Source of the DNA: Lysobacterales bacterium
GTDB taxonomy: Bacteria > Pseudomonadota > Gammaproteobacteria > Xanthomonadales > SZUA-5
DNA length: 64,000 bases
Direction of reading: 5' to 3'
Assembly: GCA_022844165.1 (NCBI GenBank)
Contig: JALHMH010000017.1
Location: forward strand, 29,573 to 93,572
The notes beneath the pieces are model-generated. The model saw only the letters and a program-made list of their open reading frames with translations, was not told the origin of the DNA and ran no database searches. Made by a program: the position numbers and the translations under genes. Within the stretch, counting starts at the first letter, position 1; each line of letters opens with the position of its first letter. Shown here piece by piece: positions 26,722 to 34,956 of the stretch.

Positions 26722-27302
26722 GGAACAGTCACCGCCGGCTCCGCGATCGGGTCAATGCGTACGATCGCACCGATGGCAGGGTGATCAAAATAGTGTGTCT
26801 CGCCGGACAAGACGACGCGCTTTTCCTTGAGTCGGAAGCGGTTCAAGGCACCAGCCGCAGCAGTGCGTAAAATTGCGTCCAGGTCGACTTCGATTCCTCG
26901 TCCAATGCGTACTTGCACGTCGCCATCCAGTTCTGGCATTGAGGCCGCAAGCACGCCGCGGGCAGCGTCTGCGCCTTGCACCATTTTTTCGCCACGCAGG
27001 CGGACGCTGCGGTTGCTGGCGTCCTGGACCCACGAGGTATGCACCAGCGTTCGTGTGCGCGCGTGCCGCGCGAGCGCTTCGAAAGCCTCGGACAAGCGGC
27101 GCCGGTCGTTCGGCAATACGGAGTAAAGTTCCCCGCCGGCTCCCATCAGCATCCCGTCGAAGTCCGGTTCCGCATCGTCTTTGGTTAATGCCGCACTGGC
27201 ATCAGGATTGTTGTAGGCAAACACCAATACCTCGACCTGATAGCGATCGCTTTGAGCGTGCGCCGTTTGCGACAACAGCAGGAGCAGTAACCAAAAGCGC
27301 AT
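26718..27302 (-). CDS. CsiV-like periplasmic (peptidoglycan-binding) protein
   Basis: Signal peptide, YQVEVLVF, LVHTSWVQ, C-terminal GETHYFDHPAIGAIVRI. Confidence 0.75.
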   Translation of the reverse strand: MRFWLLLLLLSQTAHAQSDRYQVEVLVFAYNNPDASAALTKDDAEPDFDGMLMGAGGELYSVLPNDRRRLSEAFEALARHARTRTLVHTSWVQDASNRSVRLRGEKMVQGADAARGVLAASMPELDGDVQVRIGRGIEVDLDAILRTAAAGALNRFRLKEKRVVLSGETHYFDHPAIGAIVRIDPIAEPAVTVP

Positions 27303-27316
27303 ATCTGGAGATCCTC

Positions 27317-27401
27317 TGACACATCGTTGAGAAACAGGTGCTAGATCCATGAGCGAAACATCCCTGGTTCGCACCACAGGCCGTTTCTCAACAGCCCGCC
27401 A
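27317..27401. mobile_element. Putative MITE-like remnant with imperfect terminal inverted repeats
   Basis: GTTGAGAAAC (27326-27335) and GTTTCTCAAC (27383-27392) form a perfect 10-bp IR within 19-bp imperfect ends. The same end recurs at 58050-58068. Confidence 0.4.
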
Positions 27402-28413
27402 AAGACGGGTGCAGCATAACTTCATCAAGGACTTTAGAAACGCCTGAGCCGAACCGCGCGCGATAGGCGCCAGGGGAGATGCCAGCAACGCGTTTGAAGG
27501 CAACCCGGAAGGTCTCGACTGACTCGTATCCGCAGCGGCTGCCGATTTGTTCGATCGATAAGCAGGTGGTTTCGAAGAGTTCCCGCGCCCGGGCGACGCG
27601 TTCGCGGTTCAACCAGGCGCCGGGCGAGATGCCCATGTGCCGCTGAAAGTGGCGCGTAAAACTGCGTTCGCTCATGAGCGCGCGCCGTGCCAGTTCCGTT
27701 ACGCTGTCGATTTGATCGAGATGCAGGCGAGCTTCCGACAACGTGCGATCAAACGCCGAGCGTCGACCCTTCGATTGATCCGGTACCGGGACCTCGACGA
27801 ATTGCGCCTGTCCACCCTCGCGGTGCGGCGAGCAGACCATGCGCCGTGCGACCTTGTTGGCGACCTGGGCGCCGAAATCGCGGCGGACCAGATGCAGGCA
27901 AGCATCAATGCCCGCCGCCGAGCCGGCGCTGGTAATGACATTGCCCTCGTCGACGTACAGCACATCATCCTCAAAACGGACGTTCGGAAAGCGTTCGCCA
28001 AAGCGCGCGCTGTAAAGCCAGTGGGTGGTCGCGCGTCGACCATCGAGCAGGCCGGCTTCGGCCAGAACGTAAGCGCCTGAGCAAATCGACAAGAAACGCG
28101 CGCCGCGCCGCTGGGCGGCGTGCAGCGCCCGCTTCAATCTTGGTGGTATGGGTTGGTCCATCGTGGCCCAACCTGGCGCAATGATGGTGTGTGCGGTGTC
28201 GATCGCTGCGAACGGAGCAGTGGGGCGAATCTCAACGCCGCCGACGCCTCGAATTCGCCCGGTTTCAGCGGCCACGATCTGCGTGTCGTACCAGTTCACG
28301 CCGAGGTTCGGCCGTTGCAGTGCAAACACCTCGACGGCAATCGAGTACTCGAACACATGCAGGTTTCGATAGGCCAGGATGACGAGCGGTCCGCCGTGGG
28401 TTTGGAGCGGCAT
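27388..28413 (-). CDS. FtrA/GlxA-type AraC family regulator (DJ-1/ThiJ domain + double HTH)
   Basis: FEYSIAVEVF, SICSGAYVLA.AGLLDGRRATTHW, TSAGSAAGID, REGGQAQF, MSERSFTRHF, G.SPGAYR. Confidence 0.92.
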   Translation of the reverse strand: MPLQTHGGPLVILAYRNLHVFEYSIAVEVFALQRPNLGVNWYDTQIVAAETGRIRGVGGVEIRPTAPFAAIDTAHTIIAPGWATMDQPIPPRLKRALHAAQRRGARFLSICSGAYVLAEAGLLDGRRATTHWLYSARFGERFPNVRFEDDVLYVDEGNVITSAGSAAGIDACLHLVRRDFGAQVANKVARRMVCSPHREGGQAQFVEVPVPDQSKGRRSAFDRTLSEARLHLDQIDSVTELARRALMSERSFTRHFQRHMGISPGAWLNRERVARARELFETTCLSIEQIGSRCGYESVETFRVAFKRVAGISPGAYRARFGSGVSKVLDEVMLHPSLAGC

Positions 28414-28435
28414 ATGGGTTCGCAGCAAATCGATA

Positions 28436-28470
28436 TGGCTTAAAGTTACCACACAATGTCCTTTGCGCCA
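28436..28470. promoter_or_regulatory. Candidate operator for the divergent FtrA-type regulator
   Basis: Imperfect IR TGGCTTAAAG-N15-CTTTGCGCCA in the 105-bp divergent spacer; TGGC half-sites resemble AdpA/GlxA-family sites. Confidence 0.5.
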
Positions 28471-28518
28471 GTACCCGATCCACTCCACTGCGACTAACTT
28501 ATCGCATCTGCCGATGGG

Positions 28519-30996
28519 ATGGACACGATGCGATTCTGCTGGCTGTTTCTGACGTTACTGTGTTCGCCGCTTGCGGCGCGCGATCTCGACATTCTGAACA
28601 CAGCACTCGACCTCGATATTGAAGTGCGCAACAAGAGAGTGTCGGGGCGCGCAACGTTGATCGCACAACCCCTCGTCGCATCGTCATCGTTGACCTTGGA
28701 TGCGGTTGCACTTGCCATCCGCGGCGTCACGGTCGACGGCAGTGCCGTGGAATACACGATGGCGAATGGTCGCCTGCAAATTCGCCATCCGGTTATCACC
28801 GAACAGCCGCTGACCATCGTTGTCGATTATGCCAGTCAGTGGCGCAACCAAACTGACCCTAATCTGCTGGGCGGCAGTAACGGAATCGGCATCCGCTTCT
28901 TCGGACCCACACACAGCGAGCCACGCGAGCGACGGCAAGCGTGGACATCATTCGAACCTAGTAGCGGCAAACACTGGTTCCCGACGCTCGACGCGGCGAG
29001 CGAGCGATTCGATTTCAAATTGACTGCTCGAGTCGAATCGCCGTTGCAGGTTCTGGCGATCGGCAAGCGCGAGCAGGTGCGCGACCTGGGTGCGGATCGG
29101 CGCGAGTATGTATATGTAGCGAACGCTCCTTTGCACGCCGATCAGGTTGGGTTCGTGGTTGGCGAGTACGTGGCGATCGAAGCCGGGCGACCGGGTATCC
29201 AGCACTACGCGTACCCGGATGAAGTCGAAGCAACCCGCGCGAGCATTGAGCGTTTCGACGATATGTTGGCGTACTTCGAGCGTCTGACCGGTGTGGCGTT
29301 TCCGCAGCCTGAATACCGTCAGGTATTTGTGCAGGATACGCCCTGGGGCATGGCGCTTCCGGGTCTTGCGATTCAGACTGAGAACATGGTCGATGATGCG
29401 CGTACGCATGGCGATTATCGGTATCTCTGGGACAGTCTTGCGGCTGAATCGCTGGTGCAGCAGTGGTTCGGCAATCATCTGACCGTGCGCGATCCGCGTG
29501 AAATATGGCTGATGCGCGGCTTGGCGCGGCACGTCGATGGGCTATATGTCGAACACAAGAACAGCCGCGCCGAGTGGCTGTTGTGGAACTTCAATTGGGA
29601 ACAGGCGAGCGTGCTCGGCGATTGGCAAAATGGCTTGCGCGAAGCGCTGCGGCCGGCAGATCCCATCGAAGGATTTGGCGCCGGCAATACGCCGAATCTG
29701 CGGGGTTCGTTGTTGCTCAACCTGCTGCGCGATCAGCTCGGCGATGCGGCGTGGCGGCGCACGCTCCGCGTGTTCGCCACTGAGAACGCAGCTCGTCCGG
29801 TTCGTACCGAGGATTTACTGGACGCCATCGAGGACGCCACCGGACGGCGTATGGACGCGTTTTTTTCGCAGTGGGTGTATGCCGTCGGGCAGCCCGATTT
29901 ACTCGTCGAGAAGCACTACGATGCGGTTGCCGCGCGCCTGCACTTGCGCATCGAGCAGCGCCAGCAGATGTTGGTGTCAGCGGCGATGGACATCGAGATC
30001 GACGGCCGCATTGAACGGGTCATCGTGCCGGCGGAGAAGGTATTCGCTGTCGAGTGGCCACTTCTGAGCGCGCCGCGTTATGTCAATGTCGATGTCGAAG
30101 ATGCCTGGATCAAGACCATCGAATATCAGCAAGACGCCGCCGAACTGATCGCCCAGGCGCGGTTCTCGAAAGACGTTGTGGCCGTGCGTCGCGCTAGCGC
30201 CGAACTGGTTAAGCGTGCGGCTGCCAATGCAGCGCTCAAGCGCAAAGTCGAGCATATGCTCGTTGAGATCGCCAGCGACGAGACGCGTTATTGGCGTGCA
30301 CGATACCTGGCGGTGCTGCAGCTCGGCGCTCTGCTCGGCCCTGATCCCATCGAGTTTGAAGCGACTACAGAGCGCGCGCTGTGGTCCATCGTCGAACGCA
30401 GCGGCGCGTGGTTGCGCAACGGCACACTGCTGACGCTTGGTCGCTCCCAGGATCCGCGGCATGCGCCGCTCTATCGCCGCTATCTGGACGATCCCAGCGA
30501 CAGGGTGCTTAACGCTGCCGCGATTGCACTGGGCCAGAGCGGCGCGCCCGGTGCGTTCGAGTCACTGGTCGAGTTTTCAGAACGTGCGTCATGGAAACAG
30601 CAGAGTCTCATCAGCGCGTTGTATGGCATGGCTGAACTCAAGGATCCGCGCGGTGTCGATTTCGCTCTGCGTTGGCTGGAAGATGCCGATCCGCTGCCGC
30701 GCTGGACGTTGGCGACGCCGGTGTGGGACTACCGATTGAGCGCCGCTCGCACGTTGGCAGCGCTGGGCGCCGGTGGGCGAGGCACGTCGGTCGTTGCGGC
30801 ACGGCTGCGCAAAGCGCTGCGTGAGGACGACATCGGCGATGTGTTCAACCAGGTTCTATTGTTGGCGACGCTTGCCGATCCTGGCGCTGTCAGGCACTTT
30901 GCCGCCGTGCGCGGTCGTTATGCGGATGACGCCAATGCGCTCAGGGCGCTCAATGCCTTCGAGCAACAATTTCGGGCAGCATTGGTGCTGCCATGA
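28519..30996 (+). CDS. Secreted M1 aminopeptidase-fold protein with C-terminal HEAT repeats; catalytic motifs degenerate
   Basis: Signal peptide; HWFPTLD, FERLTGVAFP, QQWFGN, FFSQWVY framework. ESLVQ replaces HExxH and WLMRG replaces WLNEG. Confidence 0.85.
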   Translation: MDTMRFCWLFLTLLCSPLAARDLDILNTALDLDIEVRNKRVSGRATLIAQPLVASSSLTLDAVALAIRGVTVDGSAVEYTMANGRLQIRHPVITEQPLTIVVDYASQWRNQTDPNLLGGSNGIGIRFFGPTHSEPRERRQAWTSFEPSSGKHWFPTLDAASERFDFKLTARVESPLQVLAIGKREQVRDLGADRREYVYVANAPLHADQVGFVVGEYVAIEAGRPGIQHYAYPDEVEATRASIERFDDMLAYFERLTGVAFPQPEYRQVFVQDTPWGMALPGLAIQTENMVDDARTHGDYRYLWDSLAAESLVQQWFGNHLTVRDPREIWLMRGLARHVDGLYVEHKNSRAEWLLWNFNWEQASVLGDWQNGLREALRPADPIEGFGAGNTPNLRGSLLLNLLRDQLGDAAWRRTLRVFATENAARPVRTEDLLDAIEDATGRRMDAFFSQWVYAVGQPDLLVEKHYDAVAARLHLRIEQRQQMLVSAAMDIEIDGRIERVIVPAEKVFAVEWPLLSAPRYVNVDVEDAWIKTIEYQQDAAELIAQARFSKDVVAVRRASAELVKRAAANAALKRKVEHMLVEIASDETRYWRARYLAVLQLGALLGPDPIEFEATTERALWSIVERSGAWLRNGTLLTLGRSQDPRHAPLYRRYLDDPSDRVLNAAAIALGQSGAPGAFESLVEFSERASWKQQSLISALYGMAELKDPRGVDFALRWLEDADPLPRWTLATPVWDYRLSAARTLAALGAGGRGTSVVAARLRKALREDDIGDVFNQVLLLATLADPGAVRHFAAVRGRYADDANALRALNAFEQQFRAALVLP

Positions 30997-31196
30997 GCCT
31001 GGCCATGCATGACGCCTGCCTGCGCTGCGCCTCGACGCTCGGATGCCAGAGTGCTGCGTACATTTGCAGCTACGAATGCACGTTCTGTGACCGCTGCGCC
31101 GGAGAGTTGGTGCAACGTTGTCCGAACTGCGGCGGCGATTTACAGCGCCGGCCGTTGCGCCCTGCCCCATCCACCGACCAGGAGCCAGCAGGATGA
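30993..31196 (+). CDS. DUF1272 family small Cys-rich protein
   Basis: CLRC...ICSYECTFCDRCA...CPNCGGDL.RRP; ATGA overlaps on both sides. Confidence 0.88.
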   Translation: MSLAMHDACLRCASTLGCQSAAYICSYECTFCDRCAGELVQRCPNCGGDLQRRPLRPAPSTDQEPAG

Positions 31197-31639
31197 GTGA
31201 ATCGATCGATATCGCGCGCACCAGCGATCTGATGCCGTTGGCGAGCCTGTTTGATGCTTATCGGCAGTTCTACGGGAAGCCGGGAGACGTAGACGCGGCG
31301 CGGGCATTTCTCGCCGACCGAATGCACAGTGGTGAATCGCGAATTTTCGTCGCTCGCCAGGGCGATGGTATCGTTGGATTCACGCAGTTGTACCCGATTT
31401 TTTCCTCGGTATCGTTGCGCCGCGCGTGGCTCTTGAACGACTTGTATGTGGCATTGGATGCGCGCGGCCGCGGCGTTGCGGAGCGTTTGCTCAAGGCTGC
31501 GGTCGACCATGGGCGCGAAAGCGGTGCGGCCTGGTTAATGTTGCAAACCGGGCAAGACAATGACATCGCGCAGCGGCTCTATGAGCGCTGCGGTTGGCGG
31601 CGCGATGATACGTTCCTGAGTTACACGTTCTTGCTCTGA
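31193..31639 (+). CDS. GNAT family N-acetyltransferase
   Basis: LFDAYRQFY, GFTQLYP.FSS, LNDLYV...RGRGVA, N..AQRLYE. Confidence 0.92.
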   Translation: MSESIDIARTSDLMPLASLFDAYRQFYGKPGDVDAARAFLADRMHSGESRIFVARQGDGIVGFTQLYPIFSSVSLRRAWLLNDLYVALDARGRGVAERLLKAAVDHGRESGAAWLMLQTGQDNDIAQRLYERCGWRRDDTFLSYTFLL

Positions 31640-31693
31640 CGCAATTGTCTGGCGATTCGCCAACGTTCTTCGACCACTACCCGGATGCCACCC

Positions 31694-32362
31694 ATGAAAC
31701 CTGTGCTCTACGTCGGCAACATCAACTACTCCAGCTGGTCGCTGCGCCCATTCATCGCGCTGCGGTGGGCTGGAATCGATTTCGACATGGTCGAAGTCAA
31801 TCTCGATCAACCTGGTTATGGCGAATACGCCATCGCTGAGATTTTGGCTTTTAATCCTGCCGGCAAAGTGCCGGCTCTGCGCGTAGGCGAAATTGTGATC
31901 GCCGATTCGCTGGCGATTGCCGAATGGGCCAGCGAAACCGGCAGATCGCTCTATCCACAAGACCCGTTGGAGCGCGCGATGGTGCGCTCTGTCGTGGCGG
32001 AAATGCACTCGGGTTTCGCCGCTGTGCGCCGGGATCTGTCGATGAATATTCGACGTCGTTGCAGAGCCTTTGGCCTGCCCGCCGACACGCTGCGAGACAT
32101 CGCGCGACTCGACGCACTGTTCGCCGGCCACAGGCAACATCGGGACGGCCCATTCTTGTTTGGACAACGCACGCTTGCCGATGCGTTCTTCACCCCCGTC
32201 GCCACGCGCTTTCGCACGTACGGCATAGCGCTGTCGGCGGATGCACAAGCCTACTGCGATACGTTGTTGGCCGATGCTGCATTTCTTGAGTGGGAGCAAA
32301 AAGTACTGGCGCAACCGCACGCAGGATTCTCGCGTGCGCCGATCGATCAGTTGTACGCCTGA
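31694..32362 (+). CDS. Glutathione S-transferase family protein
   Basis: NYSSWSLRP, GKVPAL, DSLAIAE, EMHSGF, ADAFFTPV..RF.TY. Confidence 0.92.
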   Translation: MKPVLYVGNINYSSWSLRPFIALRWAGIDFDMVEVNLDQPGYGEYAIAEILAFNPAGKVPALRVGEIVIADSLAIAEWASETGRSLYPQDPLERAMVRSVVAEMHSGFAAVRRDLSMNIRRRCRAFGLPADTLRDIARLDALFAGHRQHRDGPFLFGQRTLADAFFTPVATRFRTYGIALSADAQAYCDTLLADAAFLEWEQKVLAQPHAGFSRAPIDQLYA

Positions 32363-32427
32363 TGGCCCTGGAGTCATTGATGGAACCGAGATCTGGACGG
32401 TTGCGTCGAATTTTCAACAAAGCGATG

Positions 32428-32485
32428 TGGCAAGTACGCTGTCGAACGAAGCCAACGGTGCCAGGCGCTCTGAGGCGAAGCCTCG
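32428..32485 (+). repeat. 58-bp dispersed repeat, copy 1
   Basis: Matches the reverse complement of 57929-57986 at 47/58 positions without gaps; ends in the GAGGC-GAA-GCCTC hairpin. Confidence 0.75.
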
Positions 32486-32690
32486 TTCGTAGCGAATTGC
32501 GAGTCGCGTCGGGTGCTTGATCTGGTGGGCAAACGAGGCGCTGGCGCGCCTCGCGGTTCGACGTGAGTGGCGCCAGCGCTGGACTTGCTTCGGACAACGC
32601 GAATAGCATCAAGTCGATGGTCATCTTCCGGAACGAACCGATGAAGGTCATGCCGGCGCGCTTTCGCCACGACAGGAGTGGAATGTCGCT

Positions 32691-33317
32691 ATGCCAGATC
32701 CAGCGCGCATTGACGCGATTTTGCGCCGAGCACCGGTGCTGCCGGTCATTAGTATCGACCGAATCGACGACGCCGAACCGTTGGCACGAGCGCTGGTGGC
32801 GGGCGGTTTGCCGGTGCTCGAAGTCACGCTCAGAAGCGCTGTTGCCTTAGCGGCAATCGAGCGAATGAGCCAGGTGCCGGGCGCAATCGTGGGTGCCGGC
32901 ACTGTGCTGACGCCGGCAGATCTGGATGCCGTCGCGCGCGCGGGCGCCCTGTTCGCGATTTCGCCAGGCGCTACCCCGCGAATGTACCAGGCGGCGGCTC
33001 AGCACTCGTTGCCATGGTTGCCCGCAATCGCGACGGCCAGCGAGTTGATGTTGGGACTGGAGCATGGTTACGAGCGATTTAAGTTTTTCCCGGCCGAATC
33101 GTCCGGTGGAATCGCTGCTCTGAAGTCCTTCGCCGGGCCGTTCGCGCGTGCGCGGTTTTGCCCGACCGGTGGCATCGACGCAGCGAAGTCCAGGCTTTAC
33201 CGTGCATTGCCGAATGTCATCACGGTAGGTGGATCATGGATGGTGGCCGCCGCGCTGATGGAGCGCGGCGACTTTGCGGCGGTCGAACGCCTGGCGCGCG
33301 AGTCGCTGTGCGACTGA
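32691..33317 (+). CDS. eda: KDPG/KHG aldolase
   Basis: PVLPVI, LEVTLR, VGAGTV, ISPG, KFFPA, FCPTGG, VGGSW. Confidence 0.95.
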   Translation: MPDPARIDAILRRAPVLPVISIDRIDDAEPLARALVAGGLPVLEVTLRSAVALAAIERMSQVPGAIVGAGTVLTPADLDAVARAGALFAISPGATPRMYQAAAQHSLPWLPAIATASELMLGLEHGYERFKFFPAESSGGIAALKSFAGPFARARFCPTGGIDAAKSRLYRALPNVITVGGSWMVAAALMERGDFAAVERLARESLCD

Positions 33318-33320
33318 GTG

Positions 33321-33635
33321 CTATTTCTTCGGCACGTAGGCTGCGCACCAGCCCTTTGCGGCGACCGATTTTCCTGGGAAGATGGCGCACGGGCGCAGTG
33401 CTTCACCCTCTTTGCCTTGCACCAGATTGCAGTTGTCGCAAATCTGCTCGTCTTTGTGGTTTGGATATTTGGCCTTGTCGACTTTCGTGGTGTCTGCCTT
33501 GTAGCCCAGAGCGGCAGCGGTAGCGTCAGACTCGCTAAGCTCCGGCAGAGTCTGCGCCACTGCGGCGCCGGCGCCGATGGCGGCACCCAATACGACAACA
33601 TTGGTGATGAAACGGCGGCGGGTTTGCTTCGACAT
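33321..33635 (-). CDS. High-potential iron-sulfur protein (HiPIP) with Tat signal
   Basis: TRRRFI twin-arginine leader; ALGYKAD, CDNC, C..FPGK.V...GWC. Confidence 0.9.
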   Translation of the reverse strand: MSKQTRRRFITNVVVLGAAIGAGAAVAQTLPELSESDATAAALGYKADTTKVDKAKYPNHKDEQICDNCNLVQGKEGEALRPCAIFPGKSVAAKGWCAAYVPKK

Positions 33636-33781
33636 GGCTAGAGTCCTTGGTGGCTGGTCGGAGATTTTCAGAGCATTCTGCGCACTCTCGATGAATGACA
33701 GCATGATCCAGGTCAATAGCGCATCGAAACTTCGTGACTTCACCGCTATCGTTCAGATTCGGACGTAACGCGACGGTTGCC

Positions 33782-34414
33782 ATGCATACAATCGACCCCA
33801 AAGCGCTGGAGCGGGCAGCGCACGACATCATGTTTGCAGGGCGCGAGTTTGCTGCGCGTGGCTGGACGCCAGCCACCAGCAGCAATTTTTCGGCGCGACT
33901 GTCGGACGAGTTGCTTGCCGTCACCGTTTCCGGCAAGGACAAGGGTGCGTTGACGCCAGCGGATGTGATGGTCGTGGATATGGCCGGTGCGCCGGTCAAC
34001 GACACGCGGCGGCCGTCAGCCGAGACGCTGCTGCATTGCCATGCTTATCGCACGCGCGCCGATCTGGGTGCGGTGGTACATACACATTCCCTGGCGCAGA
34101 CAATCGTCAGCAAGTTGTTCGCCGACCAGGGATTTGTGGAGCTTGGCGACTACGAACTGTTGAAGGCCTTCAGTGGCACATCGACGCATCAAACCAGCAT
34201 CCGCATACCAGTGTTCGCCAACACACAAGACATGCACGAGTTGGCTGCGATCATTGCCGAGCACGAGCGCGTAACGCCGATACCGCACGGTTATCTGATT
34301 GAAGGCCATGGAATTTATACCTGGGGCACAGACATGGCCGAGGCGCGACGGCAGCTCGATGCCTTCGAATTTTTGTTCCAATGCGAGTTGGAACTAAGGA
34401 AGTTACGCAAATGA
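33782..34414 (+). CDS. mtnB: Methylthioribulose-1-phosphate dehydratase
   Basis: GWTPATSSNFS, SGKDKG, PSAETLLH, HTHS, GHGIYTWG. Confidence 0.95.
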   Translation: MHTIDPKALERAAHDIMFAGREFAARGWTPATSSNFSARLSDELLAVTVSGKDKGALTPADVMVVDMAGAPVNDTRRPSAETLLHCHAYRTRADLGAVVHTHSLAQTIVSKLFADQGFVELGDYELLKAFSGTSTHQTSIRIPVFANTQDMHELAAIIAEHERVTPIPHGYLIEGHGIYTWGTDMAEARRQLDAFEFLFQCELELRKLRK

Positions 34415-34956
34415 GCCGACTACGGATATTTCGCGAAGATGCACCGCAAGCCCCGCATTTCCAGACCGATGATGGTGCGCTGATTGCGGCCCATCTGGCC
34501 GCAAAGGGCGTGCGCTTCGAGCGCTGGCAAGGTGCCGACGTGCAGCCAGGCGACCCACCAGAGTCGGTACTTGCCGCTTATCGACAGGACATCGATAAGC
34601 TGATGGGCGAAGGCGGTTATCAGGCGGTCGACGTGATCAGCCTTGCGCCTACACATCCTGATAAAGACATATTGCGCCAGAAGTTCTTGAACGAGCACAC
34701 CCACGCCGAAGACGAGGTGCGTTTTTTTGTTGCGGGACAGGGTTTATTTACACTGCATCTGGGCCAGGAAATCTATGAGGTCTTGTGCCAGAAGCACGAT
34801 CTGATTTCGGTGCCCGCAGGCACTCGGCATTGGTTCGATATGGGCCCGGCGCCAGCCTTTGTGGCGATTCGGATTTTCACCAACCCGGCGGGTTGGGTAG
34901 CGAATTTCACCGGCGATGATATTGCGCAGCGGTTTCCGCGATTGGATGTCGGATGA
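34411..34956 (+). CDS. mtnD: Acireductone dioxygenase
   Basis: KFLNEHTHAEDEVRFFV.G.G.F, VPAGTRHWFDMG. Confidence 0.95.
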   Translation: MSRLRIFREDAPQAPHFQTDDGALIAAHLAAKGVRFERWQGADVQPGDPPESVLAAYRQDIDKLMGEGGYQAVDVISLAPTHPDKDILRQKFLNEHTHAEDEVRFFVAGQGLFTLHLGQEIYEVLCQKHDLISVPAGTRHWFDMGPAPAFVAIRIFTNPAGWVANFTGDDIAQRFPRLDVG

